A DNA stretch of 51,460 nucleotides, taken from an uncultured Clostridia bacterium. GTDB lineage: Bacteria > Bacillota > Clostridia > Peptostreptococcales > Anaerovoracaceae. Under the pieces are notes generated by a model that was not told the DNA's origin, searched no databases, and worked only from the letters and a program-made list of their open reading frames with translations. Every line of letters begins with the position of its first letter. Position 1 is the first letter of the stretch. The DNA is taken from NCBI GenBank assembly GCA_944382925.1, contig CALWNX010000025.1, forward strand, positions 1 to 51,460, written 5' to 3'. The translations under genes and the position numbers were made by a program. Shown here piece by piece: positions 1-10,340 of the stretch.

Positions 1-1
1 T

Positions 2-724
2 GCCGGAGAAAAAGAGAAGCTCAAACAGCGCTTTGACGAAAACTGCGGGCAGGAGGACGATGAGGAAGACGAAAAGAAGGGCAAGCCGGTACTGAAGATC
101 GTCATCATCATCCTGGCCGTGCTGGTCGCGCTGGAAGTAGCGGTGATCGGCATCAAGCTGGCCGCGCCGGAAAGCGGCATCGCCCGGAGCATAGACGGCT
201 TTATCGCCCAGGTGACCGGCGTCTTTAGCGGCGGCACAGACGAGGGCGATGAGCAGGAGCCGGAACCGACAGTGACCACATCCTTTATTACCGAATATAT
301 CAACGAAGCCAGCGCGCAGGGACAGACTGCCAACATCGGCAGCATCCTCGAAAACGCCGAGCTTACGTACGATCCTGCCAAGAGCTATGCTTTTGACGAG
401 ATCGCCGAGTCCGCAGAATTCCAGAACGGAGTGTGGCGGACAGCAGACGACGGCAGCGAGACCTATGTAGGACAGCAGATCGTCGGCAATATGATCGCTT
501 ATTTCAACGCCATGAAAGACGAAGGTACGCTTCCTGAGGGCGTCGTGGGCATCAACAGCCTGGAGATCGGTCAGATCAAAACCGGCGAATCCGGCTACTA
601 TGTGCTCACCAGGCTCACCTACGCCAACGAAGACGGCAGCGAGACGAGCGGCTATTACTCAGTTTACCTCACGGTGACCGACGACAAGATCGCCGTGAAA
701 GAGATTAAGGAGGAAAACATATAA
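2..724 (+). CDS. hypothetical membrane-anchored protein; 5' end lies upstream of the window
   Basis: The frame is open from base 2 (AGEKEKLKQRFDEN...). It has a charged linker, one TM helix (VLKIVIIILAVLVALEVAVIGIKLA) and a ~170-aa soluble domain. The TAA stop at 722-724 shares its last base with the ATG of the next gene. No family recognised. Confidence 0.55.
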   Translation, partial: AGEKEKLKQRFDENCGQEDDEEDEKKGKPVLKIVIIILAVLVALEVAVIGIKLAAPESGIARSIDGFIAQVTGVFSGGTDEGDEQEPEPTVTTSFITEYINEASAQGQTANIGSILENAELTYDPAKSYAFDEIAESAEFQNGVWRTADDGSETYVGQQIVGNMIAYFNAMKDEGTLPEGVVGINSLEIGQIKTGESGYYVLTRLTYANEDGSETSGYYSVYLTVTDDKIAVKEIKEENI

Positions 725-3609
725 TGGAAAAAGTCAATCGCAAGGTATCGATCATACTGCTGGTAGTGATACTGCTGATCGGTGCTTTTGTGGCTCTGAT
801 CGGATTTATCGCCGATTTCATGTGGTTCAGAGAAATGGGCTACCTGTCCGTTTTCTTCAAGCAGCTGGTGACGCAGCTGACGGTAGGCATCCCGACCTTT
901 CTCGTGATCACGGTGCTGGTATTTCTGTATCTGAGCATGCTTAAGAAAGGCTATTTTTCGCAGATAGCCTCGTCCGAGATGACCGACATGAAAAAGCTGC
1001 GCCGCACGACGCTGCTGCTGTCGGTAGCCTTCGGCATTTTCGCCACCGTAATGACGGTATGGCAGCTGTGGCTTGACATTCTCAAATTCGCCAACAGCAC
1101 GGATTTCGACATCAGCGATCCGCTGTTTGGTTTTGACATATCGTTCTACATCTTCAAGCTCGATTTCCTGACGCAGATGAACGAGATCCTCATCGGTATC
1201 ATCATCGGCTTTGTAGCGCTGACGGCGCTGTATTACATCATCCTGATGACGGTGAGAACCCCGGATGTGTTCAAGGAAACGGTGCCGCCGGAGGCCGAAA
1301 ACGTCGACGGCGAAGATTATCAGGCCGGCGGCGCAAACGCCGGACAGGGACGCGGCGGCGCGGCCGGAGCGGGAGACATGTTCGGCAAGTTTGCCGAAGC
1401 GTTTACCGGCAAGAGGTACGAAAGGCCGGTCAGAGCGAAGAAACAGTTCGACGACCGCAATTTCAAGCAGCTGATGAAGATCGCCTCCGGCAAGATCAGC
1501 GTCCTGGGCTTTATCTTCTTCCTCATGCTGGGCGTGAACTTTTTCCTGCAGCAGTTTGACCTGCTGCACACGCACACGGGAGCCGTTTACGGCGCCGGCT
1601 TTACCGACGTCAACATCACGCTCTGGAAGCTGCGCCTCCTCTGCGTGCTTTCTGTGGCGGCGGCGGTGCTTTTCATCGTTTTCATGAAGAAAAAGAATTA
1701 CAAGAAGCTGCTGGCGGTGCCGGTGCTGATGATTGCAGTCGGTCTGGTGGGCAGCGGCGCAGAATTTCTGGTGCAGAAATTCGTGGTTGAACCTGATGAG
1801 CTGAGCAAAGAAAGCCAGTACCTCGAAAGGAACATCGAGTACACGCAGTACGCTTATCAGCTGGACGACGTTTCGATCAGAGATTTTGCCGCCGACAATA
1901 CGCTGACGGCTTCTGACATCAACGACAATACCGAGACCATCAACAATATCCGTATCAACGATTTCGACCCGACCAAGCAGTTCTACAACCAGACGCAGAG
2001 TATTCGTCAGTATTACAGCTTCAACGACGTCGATAACGACAGATACATGATAAATGGTACTTATACGCAGACCTACCTGGCGACCAGAGAAATCGACGAG
2101 ACCAAGATCGGCGACTCCTGGCTCAACCGTCACCTCAAATATACGCACGGCTACGGCGTGACGATTTCCCGCGTAAATCAGGTGACCGGCAGCGGCCAGC
2201 CTGACGTGGTGGTAGGAAACATCCCGCCGGAATCATCCGTCGAGGGACTTGAGATCACCAGACCGGAGATCTATTTCGGCGAGCTTTCCAACGAATATAT
2301 CGTAGTGGGCACGGACGAGACTGAGTTTGACTATCCGTCCGGCGACAGCAACCAGTATACGCAGTACGAAGGCACGGCGGGCATCAACATGAACCTGTTC
2401 AACCGTCTGGTCTTCGCCATCAACGAGCGCAGCTTCAAGCTGCTGGTGTCTTCCAACATCGACAGCGATTCCAAGATCATCATCCACCGCAACGTCATGG
2501 ACAGGATCAGGACCATCATGCCGTATCTGAGCTACGAGAACGATCCTTACATGGTGACCGTGGACGGCAAGCTGTACTGGATGGTCGACGCCTATACGAC
2601 CAGCACCAATTATCCGTACGCGCAGCCTAGCGACGAGTACGGCACCAACTACATCAGAAACTCCATCAAGGTCGTAGTAGACGCCTATAACGGCGACGTG
2701 GATTTCTACGTGGTAGACGGCGAGGATCCGATCGCGCAGACCTACACCAAGATCTATCCGAAGCTGTTCAAGAGCTTCGACGAGATGCCGGAAGGTCTCA
2801 AGGCGCACATCCGCTACCCGAATTCGCTCTTTAAGACTCAGGCCAACATCTACGCCAGGTACCACATGGAAGACATCAGCGTCTTCTACCTCAACGAGGA
2901 CCAGTGGGATATTGCCTACGAGATCTACGGCACCAAGCAGATTCAGATGGAGCCTAACTATTATATAGCCAAACTGCCGGGCGAAGAAAAGGCCGAGTTC
3001 TTCAACTCGATTCCTTACACGCCGAAGACCAAGAAAAACATGACGGCGCTGTTCGTGGCCCGAAACGACGGCGAGCATTACGGCGAGCTGGTGCTCTATC
3101 AGTTCCCGAAGAGCAGAACCATCTACGGACCGGAACAGGTGGAGGCGCAGATCGACCAGAACACCGAGATTTCCAAGGAATTCTCGCTGTGGAATTCCTC
3201 CGGCACCACCTACAGCCGCGGCAACATGTTTATAATCCCGATCAATTCGTCGATCCTTTACGTAGAGCCGGTATATCTGGAAGCCACCAACTCCAGTATT
3301 CCTGAGGTGAAGAGGATCATCGTGGCCTATGGCGACAAGATCGCCTATGAGGAAACGCTGGCCGAATGTCTCGTATCGCTGTTTGGCGATCAGGCTGAAG
3401 AGGGCGTAGACAACGGCGGCGAAGGAACCGGCGACGAAGGCGGCCAGGGCGAGGGTCAGACCGGCGAGCTGACGCAGCAGGAGCTGATCGACAAGGCTGT
3501 GAGCGCCCTCGAAAACGCACAGAACGCGCAGCAGTCGGGCGACTGGGCCGGCTACGGCGAATACCTTGAGGAGCTGGAAGAAGCGCTGAACCAGCTTTCC
3601 GCAGAATAG
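724..3609 (+). CDS. UPF0182 (COG1615) family large membrane protein
   Basis: 961 aa. Multi-TM N-terminus, then a large soluble region with motifs I associate with UPF0182 (HLKYTHGYGV, LYWMVDAYTTSTNYPYAQP, NYIRNSIKVVVDAYNGDVDFYV, IRYPNSLF). AAGGAGG SD upstream of the ATG. Gly/Ala-rich insert and acidic Gly-rich C-terminus. Confidence 0.85.
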   Translation: MEKVNRKVSIILLVVILLIGAFVALIGFIADFMWFREMGYLSVFFKQLVTQLTVGIPTFLVITVLVFLYLSMLKKGYFSQIASSEMTDMKKLRRTTLLLSVAFGIFATVMTVWQLWLDILKFANSTDFDISDPLFGFDISFYIFKLDFLTQMNEILIGIIIGFVALTALYYIILMTVRTPDVFKETVPPEAENVDGEDYQAGGANAGQGRGGAAGAGDMFGKFAEAFTGKRYERPVRAKKQFDDRNFKQLMKIASGKISVLGFIFFLMLGVNFFLQQFDLLHTHTGAVYGAGFTDVNITLWKLRLLCVLSVAAAVLFIVFMKKKNYKKLLAVPVLMIAVGLVGSGAEFLVQKFVVEPDELSKESQYLERNIEYTQYAYQLDDVSIRDFAADNTLTASDINDNTETINNIRINDFDPTKQFYNQTQSIRQYYSFNDVDNDRYMINGTYTQTYLATREIDETKIGDSWLNRHLKYTHGYGVTISRVNQVTGSGQPDVVVGNIPPESSVEGLEITRPEIYFGELSNEYIVVGTDETEFDYPSGDSNQYTQYEGTAGINMNLFNRLVFAINERSFKLLVSSNIDSDSKIIIHRNVMDRIRTIMPYLSYENDPYMVTVDGKLYWMVDAYTTSTNYPYAQPSDEYGTNYIRNSIKVVVDAYNGDVDFYVVDGEDPIAQTYTKIYPKLFKSFDEMPEGLKAHIRYPNSLFKTQANIYARYHMEDISVFYLNEDQWDIAYEIYGTKQIQMEPNYYIAKLPGEEKAEFFNSIPYTPKTKKNMTALFVARNDGEHYGELVLYQFPKSRTIYGPEQVEAQIDQNTEISKEFSLWNSSGTTYSRGNMFIIPINSSILYVEPVYLEATNSSIPEVKRIIVAYGDKIAYEETLAECLVSLFGDQAEEGVDNGGEGTGDEGGQGEGQTGELTQQELIDKAVSALENAQNAQQSGDWAGYGEYLEELEEALNQLSAE

Positions 3610-3643
3610 CAACTAGTAACAAGTAAAACGGAGGTCAACACAA

Positions 3644-5563
3644 ATGCTGGATTTTGATTTTGAACGCATGCTTTTCAAAATACCGCCAGACAAGCACACC
3701 AGAGAAGATATAACCCACATCCTGGGAGAGCATCCCGAGGTCCAGTTCGTCTCGCTCGTCGGCCTCGACATCGCCGGCAACGATACGGACGAACGCATCC
3801 CGGTGCAGCTTTTTATCGACGACATGGACGAGATGCTCGAGCACGGCGTGCAGACTGACGGGTCCAGCGTGCACCTGCCGAAGATCGCTGAATTGAACAA
3901 TGCCAAGGTGGACATGATACCCGACAAGAGCGTCAACTGGTATGTGGACTACAACTTCGACAACGTTTCCCCCAAGACGGGACTGCCTGTAGGCACCCTG
4001 CGCATTCCGGCCTTCCTCATCCACAACGATAAGGCGGAGGTCGGCGCGCGCGTGATCTTAAGGGACGCGGTGGCATATTTCAAGAGCGAGCTCATGGCTC
4101 TCCTGCGGGAGAACCCTTACGTGTTTGAATATATCAACGGCGCCGACAGCGCCGACGACATCGAAGAGATCGTCATCACCAGCGCCACGGAGCTGGAATT
4201 CTGGGTGCGCACTCCTGAGGACAAGGCTGACAAGGAGCAGCTTTCGACCTCGCAGGAGCTCAAGGAGCAGTACTGGAAGCGCACCTACGGCCCGGTGCGG
4301 ACGGCGCTGGAAAAGACGCTGGAAATCCTCGATTATTACGGCCTGGAAATGGAAATGGGCCACAAGGAGGTTGGCGGCGTCAAGTCCAAGATCACCCGCT
4401 CCGGCCGTCATGACCACATCATGGAGCAGCTGGAAATAGACTGGAAGTACGCCGACGCCATGCAGGCGGCCGACAACGAGAAGCATGTCAAGTACGTGGT
4501 GCGCGACGTCTTTAACCAGGTCGGCCTTTCGACCACCTTCATGGCCAAGCCGGTCGAGGGCGTAGCCGGCAACGGCGAGCACACGCATCTGGGAGTCTGC
4601 GCCCGCACCAGGGACGGCCGCCTCATCAGCCTCTTTGCCGCCTCGGAACCGGAGGAAGACTTCCTCAATCCGATCGGCTTCGGCAGCCTGATGGGCATCC
4701 TCAAGAATTACGAAGCGCTCAATCCTTTCGTCAGCCCGAGTATCGACGCCCTCAACAGGCTCAAGCCCGGCTATGAAGCGCCGGTCTGCATCGTGACCTC
4801 GCTGGGCCACAGCGCGCACGAGCCTTCCCGCAACAGAACCATCCTCGTGGGACTGGTAAGAGACGAGCGAAAACCGCTGGCAACCAGATTTGAGCTGCGT
4901 TCCCCGAACCCAAAGTCCAACACGTATCTGGTATTGGCCGGCAGCTATATGGCGATGCTCGACGGCATCAGAAGCGCCCTCAGAGCGCAGAAAACGCCGA
5001 AGGAGCTGGAAAAATCGCTTTCCAAGAAGGTGGGCGAGGAAGATTTCTACCTGGAGACCGACAGGCAGTACAGGAGCGAAAAGGACGTCTTTGAGGACTA
5101 CACCGAGGAGGAGAGAAGCGCCCGCTTCGGACGCGCTCCGGCGACCGTGTGGGAGAACATCCAGGGCTTCGTCAGATACCCGGAAAAGGTGGCCGCCATC
5201 TCCGGCGACGGCAAGATCTTTTCGCCGGCTTCAATCGAGTCCTACGCAGCCTATGCCGTCAACCAGTGGAAGACCGAGCTGCACAACCGCGTGATACCCG
5301 ATTACATGCGCGACATCCGCGAATATACCAGACATCACGGCGACGACGCCACAGACTACGACATCGACAACTGGGCCAAAATCAACGAGCTCAAGTTTGA
5401 GATCGCCAAGAGCAGTCTTTCTAAAAAGAGCCTTCTGGCCAGAACCAAGGAGGCGCTCGACGAAGGCCGCTTCCAGGAGGCTTCCGACCTTCAGCTGGAG
5501 CTGGCCGCCAAGATGCTTAAGCTGCGCAGCATGTACAGCCTCTACAGAAAGAATTTGTTTTAA
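3644..5563 (+). CDS. glutamine synthetase, long (type III-like) form
   Basis: 639 aa. GS catalytic-domain signatures (MEMGHKEVGG, GNGEHTHLGV, RFELRSPNPKSNTYL) plus N- and C-terminal extensions. GGAGG SD. Confidence 0.75.
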   Translation: MLDFDFERMLFKIPPDKHTREDITHILGEHPEVQFVSLVGLDIAGNDTDERIPVQLFIDDMDEMLEHGVQTDGSSVHLPKIAELNNAKVDMIPDKSVNWYVDYNFDNVSPKTGLPVGTLRIPAFLIHNDKAEVGARVILRDAVAYFKSELMALLRENPYVFEYINGADSADDIEEIVITSATELEFWVRTPEDKADKEQLSTSQELKEQYWKRTYGPVRTALEKTLEILDYYGLEMEMGHKEVGGVKSKITRSGRHDHIMEQLEIDWKYADAMQAADNEKHVKYVVRDVFNQVGLSTTFMAKPVEGVAGNGEHTHLGVCARTRDGRLISLFAASEPEEDFLNPIGFGSLMGILKNYEALNPFVSPSIDALNRLKPGYEAPVCIVTSLGHSAHEPSRNRTILVGLVRDERKPLATRFELRSPNPKSNTYLVLAGSYMAMLDGIRSALRAQKTPKELEKSLSKKVGEEDFYLETDRQYRSEKDVFEDYTEEERSARFGRAPATVWENIQGFVRYPEKVAAISGDGKIFSPASIESYAAYAVNQWKTELHNRVIPDYMRDIREYTRHHGDDATDYDIDNWAKINELKFEIAKSSLSKKSLLARTKEALDEGRFQEASDLQLELAAKMLKLRSMYSLYRKNLF

Positions 5564-5593
5564 ATCGCTCAGGGCGTAGAAAAGAGGATAAAA

Positions 5594-6868
5594 ATGTTAG
5601 ACATTAGGAGAATCAGAGAAGATTATGAAGGCGTCAAAGCCGCAGTCGAGAGGAGATGCAAGGGCGACTTCGGCCTCAGCAGAGTGCCGGAGCTGGACGC
5701 CAGACGCAGGGAGCTGCTGGTCAAGGTGGAGCAGATGAAAAATCGCCAGAACACGGTTTCCAAGGAAATTCCCAAGCTGAAGAAAGCCGGCGAGGACACC
5801 TCGGCGATCATGGCGGAGATGAAAGAGCTTTCGGCCAGCGTCAAAGAGCTCGACGGCCAGGTAGCAGAGATCGAAAAGGAGCTGCGCGAGGTGCTGCTGG
5901 GCGTTCCGAACACGCCGTACAAGGATGTGCAGACCGGCGAAGACGACAGCGCCAACGTGGAGTTGCGTAAGGTGGGCGAGCCGACGGCCTTTGATTTTGC
6001 GCCGAAGGCGCACTGGGACATCGGCACCGACCTCGACGTGCTCGATTTTGACAGAGCCGCCAAGATTTCCGGCGCCAGATTTACGGTCTACAAGGGTCTG
6101 GGTGCCAGGCTGGAAAGGTCCGTGATCAACTTCATGCTCGACCTGCACACCATCGACCAGGATTACAAGGAAATCTTGCCGCCGTTCATGGTCAACAGAG
6201 CGGCGATGACCGGCACCGGCCAGCTGCCGAAGTTTGAAGAGGATATGTTCTACGTGCCGCAGAAGGATTTCTTCCTCATCCCTACGGCCGAGGTGCCTGT
6301 CACCAACCTGCGCGCACAGGAGATCATGCCGGAAGCCGAGCTGCCTGTATATTACACGGCCTACACGCCTTGCTTCCGCGCGGAAGCCGGTTCTGCCGGC
6401 CGGGACACCAGAGGTCTGATCCGCCAGCACCAGTTCAATAAAGTGGAGCTGGTCAAGTTCGTCAAGCCGGAAACGTCCTATGACGAGCTCGAAAAGCTGA
6501 CCGCCGACGCCGAGGAAGTGCTCAAGCGTCTGGAGATCCCGTACAGGGTGGTACGCTTAAGCAGCGGCGACTTGGGCTTCTCTTCGGCCATGACCTACGA
6601 CATCGAGGTCTGGATGCCGAGCTACGGCCGCTACGTGGAAATTTCTTCGTGCAGCAACTTCGAGGATTTCCAGGCCAGAAGAGCCAACATCAGATACCGC
6701 AACGAGGAAACCGGCAAGGCTGAGTTCGTGCACACGCTCAACGGCTCCGGACTGGCTGTGGGCCGCACCGTGGCCGCCATCCTCGAAAACTATCAGCAGG
6801 CGGACGGCTCGGTAGTCATCCCGCAGGCCCTGAGAAAATACATGGGCTGCGACGTGATCGGCAAATAG
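5594..6868 (+). CDS. serS: seryl-tRNA synthetase
   Basis: 424 aa. N-terminal coiled-coil arm ([10 protein letters not shown]...) and class II core motifs ([39 protein letters not shown]). Starts only 30 nt after the GS gene. Confidence 0.95.
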   Translation: MLDIRRIREDYEGVKAAVERRCKGDFGLSRVPELDARRRELLVKVEQMKNRQNTVSKEIPKLKKAGEDTSAIMAEMKELSASVKELDGQVAEIEKELREVLLGVPNTPYKDVQTGEDDSANVELRKVGEPTAFDFAPKAHWDIGTDLDVLDFDRAAKISGARFTVYKGLGARLERSVINFMLDLHTIDQDYKEILPPFMVNRAAMTGTGQLPKFEEDMFYVPQKDFFLIPTAEVPVTNLRAQEIMPEAELPVYYTAYTPCFRAEAGSAGRDTRGLIRQHQFNKVELVKFVKPETSYDELEKLTADAEEVLKRLEIPYRVVRLSSGDLGFSSAMTYDIEVWMPSYGRYVEISSCSNFEDFQARRANIRYRNEETGKAEFVHTLNGSGLAVGRTVAAILENYQQADGSVVIPQALRKYMGCDVIGK

Positions 6869-6880
6869 CTAGGTTCTTTT

Positions 6881-6940
6881 GCCCGGGCGCTTTCGCCCGG
6901 GCGCTTTCGCTGGGACTTTTGCCCGGGGCGCTTGCCCGGG
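6881..6940. repeat. GC-rich tandem repeat (GCCCGGGCGCTTTC, ~14-bp unit, ~4 copies)
   Basis: Two perfect copies followed by two degenerate ones. The GCCCGGGC core is itself palindromic. Confidence 0.8.
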
Positions 6941-6976
6941 ACCCGCGATTTCCCTCTCCTTGCTAAACCTGACATG

Positions 6977-7172
6977 TGAAAGGGAATACCCCCTTGCTTT
7001 TGCCGGCAAAACAGTCAAAAAAACAGGCTGAAAGAGACAAATTCCTGCCTCGGGCAGGCTCTTTCAGCCTCATTTTATTCTTGAGCACCGAAATAAAAGG
7101 CATTAGAGAATAAAATTTTGTCCTCTCTTCCCCTGCGGCGGTGACTCGCAGCAAAATGAGGATAAATTCTTG
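6977..7172 (+). repeat. family-1 intergenic element, copy A
   Basis: The 61-nt core (7073-7133) is 59/61 identical to 32062-32121, and the flanks are ~70% alignable. Sits between two GC-rich tandem arrays. Confidence 0.6.
7025..7082 (+). terminator. terminator-like hairpin embedded in family-1 repeat copy A, ~155 nt downstream of serS
   Basis: AGGCTGAAAGAG (7025-36) pairs with CTCTTTCAGCCT (7059-70), with inner pairing CCTGCC/GGCAGG. Followed by CATTTTATTCTT. Confidence 0.5.
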
Positions 7173-7175
7173 TCC

Positions 7176-7259
7176 CCTGGGCAGCACCGAACCCTGGGCA
7201 GCACCGCATCCTGGGCAGCACCGCATCCTGGACAGCACCGTACCCTGGGCAGCCTGCCC
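7176..7259. repeat. GC-rich tandem repeat (CCTGGGCAGCACCGNNN, 17-bp unit, ~4.9 copies)
   Basis: Read directly from the sequence: copies start at 7176, 7193, 7210, 7227 and 7244. Confidence 0.9.
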
Positions 7260-7335
7260 AAAATAATTCAGTTGACGAGCGCGGTGAGCTCTGATATTAT
7301 CAGTAATATAACCATGCTTTTTCGCCGGGGATTTA

Positions 7336-7364
7336 TTGACACTTCGGTGAAGAAGTTATAAAAT
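7336..7364 (+). promoter_or_regulatory. candidate sigma-A promoter of the peptide ABC operon
   Basis: TTGACA (7336-41), 17-nt spacer, TAAAAT (7359-64). A second candidate is TTGACG (7272-77), 17 nt, TATTAT (7295-7300). Confidence 0.4.
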
Positions 7365-7401
7365 AAATAAGTCTAAAACACGAAAAAATTGGAGGCGCGA
7401 C

Positions 7402-8337
7402 ATGGTAAAATATACCGTCAAGAGACTGCTGCTCCTGATACCAATCCTACTTGGCGTGGCATTCATCATTTTTACTATCATGGATTTTACGCCGGGTGAT
7501 CCGGCCATCCGTATCCTGGGGCCGGAGTCCTCTGTCGAGGCTCGTGAGCAGCTGCGAGTAGAGCTGGGCCTTAACCAGCCGTTTCTGATCAGGTTCTTTG
7601 AATATATCAAGGATATAGTTTTGAACCTTGATTTCGGAGAATCCTACAGGACAGGCAATCCTGTATTTGAGGACGTATTCGCCAGAGTACCTGTCAGCTT
7701 GACCCTGGCCTTTTCGGGCATGGTGCTGGCTACTGTGATGGGACTCCCTCTGGGCGTTTACTCCGCTGTTAAACAGTATTCCAAATCAGACAGCTTCCTG
7801 CGTGTAGCGTCCACGGTGCTGGTAGCGATGCCGACCTTCTGGCTGGCCATGCTGCTGATTCTGGTATTTGCGCTTTACCTCGGCTGGCTGCCTTCCGGAG
7901 GCGTTACTGCTGGCTGGATGAGTTACATACTTCCGACCATTACTGTAGGCGTGCCTTATGGTTCCAAAATCCTGCGTATGACCAGATCTACCATGCTGGA
8001 AGAAATCCGCCAGGACTATGTCAGGACTGCAAGAGCCAAGGGTGTGCCGGAAAAGGTTGTAATTTATAAGCATTCTCTGCAAAACGCTCTGCTGCCGGTT
8101 ATCACGACAATTGGTACGTCCTTTGGAGCTATCATGGGCGGTTCCGTTATTGCCGAAAGCGTGTTCAACATGCCGGGCCTGGGACAGCTGATCGTTCTTT
8201 CCATTGAAGCTAAGGATACGCCATGCGTTCTGGCCTGTGTTCTGCTGCTGGCGTTCTTCTTCGCGGTCGTTATGCTGCTGGTAGACCTGTTCTACGCATT
8301 CGTCGACCCGCGTATCAAGGCTAAGTACTCAAAGTAA
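7402..8337 (+). CDS. peptide/nickel (Opp/Dpp-type) ABC transporter permease
   Basis: 311 aa. Typical OppB/DppB N-terminus (KRLLLLIPILLGVAFIIFTIMDFTPGDP) and EAA-loop region (DYVRTARAKG). Confidence 0.9.
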   Translation: MVKYTVKRLLLLIPILLGVAFIIFTIMDFTPGDPAIRILGPESSVEAREQLRVELGLNQPFLIRFFEYIKDIVLNLDFGESYRTGNPVFEDVFARVPVSLTLAFSGMVLATVMGLPLGVYSAVKQYSKSDSFLRVASTVLVAMPTFWLAMLLILVFALYLGWLPSGGVTAGWMSYILPTITVGVPYGSKILRMTRSTMLEEIRQDYVRTARAKGVPEKVVIYKHSLQNALLPVITTIGTSFGAIMGGSVIAESVFNMPGLGQLIVLSIEAKDTPCVLACVLLLAFFFAVVMLLVDLFYAFVDPRIKAKYSK

Positions 8338-8361
8338 CGGACAGGAGGGCAAGTATCTGAT

Positions 8362-9276
8362 ATGGCAAAGCTAACATTCAAAAGTCAGAAGAGAAAAGAG
8401 AACGAAGAATTTGCTCTCGCCTATACCCGCGGGCACAGCATGACGGCGGATATATGGCGGAGATTATTAAGAGATAAGAGCAGCGTTGTGAGCATGGGTT
8501 TTCTGTGCATCATCTTCCTGCTGGCGATATTTGCGAATCTGCTGTTTGACGAGGCCCTGGTAACAGCGCAGGATTACAGCGCTACCAACCAGCCGCCATC
8601 GTTTGAGCACTGGTTCGGTACAGACCTCTACGGCCGCGATATCTTTATCCGTATGGTCTTTGGCTCCAGAGTTTCGTTGGCTATCGGTATCATCACCATG
8701 GCGGCCAGCATGATCATCGGCGGCCTGCTGGGCGCAATTGCTGCATATTTTGGCGGCAAGCTCGACGGCATCATCATGCGTGTGACCGACATGTTCATGG
8801 CTATTCCGGAAACGTTGCTGGCGCTGTGCGTAGTGGCAGCCATGGGAGCAAGCGCCGTGAGCCTGATCGTGGCGATGACGGTGGCCTCCATACCGGGCAA
8901 CTGCCGACTGGTGCGCTCTACGGTGCTGGGCATAGTCGATACTGAATATGTCGAAGCGGCCAGAGCCAGCGGCATGCGCAATCTCGGCATCATCATCAAG
9001 GAGATCATTCCCAACTCGCTGGGACCGATCATCGTCGTATCGACGCAGGGTATCGCCAACCTGATGCTGACTGCTTCCAGCCTCAGCTATCTGGGCATGG
9101 GTATTCAGCCTCCTAACCCTGAATGGGGCGCTATGATCGCCGAGGCCAGAGAATACCTCAGAAGCGATCCGTACATGTGTATCATACCTGGTATCGTTAT
9201 CGTACTTACCGCTCTGTCCTTCAACCTTCTGGGCGACGGACTGCGTGACGCGATGGACCCTCGTCTGAAAGACTAG
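8362..9276 (+). CDS. peptide/nickel (Opp/Dpp-type) ABC transporter permease
   Basis: 304 aa. OppC/DppC-like ([33 protein letters not shown]). Confidence 0.9.
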   Translation: MAKLTFKSQKRKENEEFALAYTRGHSMTADIWRRLLRDKSSVVSMGFLCIIFLLAIFANLLFDEALVTAQDYSATNQPPSFEHWFGTDLYGRDIFIRMVFGSRVSLAIGIITMAASMIIGGLLGAIAAYFGGKLDGIIMRVTDMFMAIPETLLALCVVAAMGASAVSLIVAMTVASIPGNCRLVRSTVLGIVDTEYVEAARASGMRNLGIIIKEIIPNSLGPIIVVSTQGIANLMLTASSLSYLGMGIQPPNPEWGAMIAEAREYLRSDPYMCIIPGIVIVLTALSFNLLGDGLRDAMDPRLKD

Positions 9277-9332
9277 ACGGCAGGAAACCGAGATTTCCGG
9301 GCAAAGACTGAGAATTAAGGAGAATGATACTG

Positions 9333-10340
9333 ATGAGTGAAAAGCTTCTCGATATAAAAAATCTGAAGGTGCAGTACAAATCCGGCAATGTGCCGGTCTG
9401 CGCCGTCAACGGCATTGATCTTTCGCTGAACAAGGGCGAGACGCTCGGCCTGGTAGGCGAAACAGGTGCCGGCAAAACGACAACTGCGCTGGCAATCCTG
9501 CGCCTGTTGCCGGAACGCACGGGCCTGATCCCGGAGGGCAGCATTACCTTCGACGGCCAGAATCTGCTGGAAATGTCCGAAGAAGACATGCGTACCCTGA
9601 TCAGAGGAGAAAAAATCTCCATGATCTTCCAGGATCCGATGACTTCACTGAATCCCGTTATGACTGTAGGCGAACAGATCGCCGAGGCCATCGAATATCA
9701 CAACAGCACCAGAGAGGGAGAGGAAAAGATCCCGGTTGACGAAAGGGTCAACGAGGTGCTGGAGATGGTAGGTATACCTGCCTCCCGTAAGGATGAATAT
9801 CCGCATCAGTTTTCCGGCGGTATGAAGCAGCGTGTGGTAATCGCCATGGCGCTGGCCTGCGAGCCGGAGCTGCTGATTGCCGACGAGCCGACCACCGCCC
9901 TTGACGTAACCATTCAGGCTCAGGTGCTGGCAATGATGAGCGAGCTCAGAGACAAGCTGGGCACCGCCATGATTCTTATCACGCACGACCTGGGCATCGT
10001 AGCCAGCATCTGCGATAAGGTGGCTATCATGTACGCCGGCAAGATTATCGAGGCCGGCAGCCTTGAAGATATCTATGTAAGCAAGGAGCATCACCCGTAC
10101 ACGGTCGGACTTTTCGGAGCCATCCCTAATCTGAAGGTAGAGACCAGACGGCTTTCGCCGATAGAAGGCCTGATGCCTGACCCGTCGGAGCTGCCGAGCG
10201 GATGCTACTTCCACGACAGATGTCCGCACTGCATGGAGATCTGCAAACACGAATATCCGGATGTGTACACAGACGGCACGCACAGCATAGCCTGCCATCT
10301 GTTCACGAAAAAAGGCGTGCAGGAGGATAAAGATGAATAA
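9333..10340 (+). CDS. peptide ABC transporter ATP-binding protein (OppD/DppD-like)
   Basis: Walker [10 protein letters not shown], signature FSGGMKQR, Walker [13 protein letters not shown], and a C-terminal oligopeptide-type Cys cluster. The ATG at 9333 has better SD spacing (AAGGAG 9317-9322) than the track start at 9324. Confidence 0.9.
   Translation: MSEKLLDIKNLKVQYKSGNVPVCAVNGIDLSLNKGETLGLVGETGAGKTTTALAILRLLPERTGLIPEGSITFDGQNLLEMSEEDMRTLIRGEKISMIFQDPMTSLNPVMTVGEQIAEAIEYHNSTREGEEKIPVDERVNEVLEMVGIPASRKDEYPHQFSGGMKQRVVIAMALACEPELLIADEPTTALDVTIQAQVLAMMSELRDKLGTAMILITHDLGIVASICDKVAIMYAGKIIEAGSLEDIYVSKEHHPYTVGLFGAIPNLKVETRRLSPIEGLMPDPSELPSGCYFHDRCPHCMEICKHEYPDVYTDGTHSIACHLFTKKGVQEDKDE

Noticed and set aside
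5564-5593. I looked for T-box leaders upstream of serS and glnS (43016-43159), and for known riboswitches in all long 5' regions.
   Set aside because: The serS spacer is 30 nt and the glnS spacer 144 nt, both too short for a T-box. No specifier, T-box or other riboswitch consensus sequences (TPP, SAM, cobalamin, glycine, lysine, guanidine, c-di-GMP) were recognisable by eye.
6963-7238. A conserved minus-strand peptide (EERTKFYSLMPFIS[VA]LKNK) is shared by ORFs 6963-7238 and 31904-32185, suggesting a small protein family.
   Set aside because: Similarity ends with the 61-nt nucleotide core. The rest of the two ORFs is unrelated, and the third copy (40181-40337) has an in-frame stop. There are no SD or start codons at conserved positions. 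It is better explained as a non-coding repeat.
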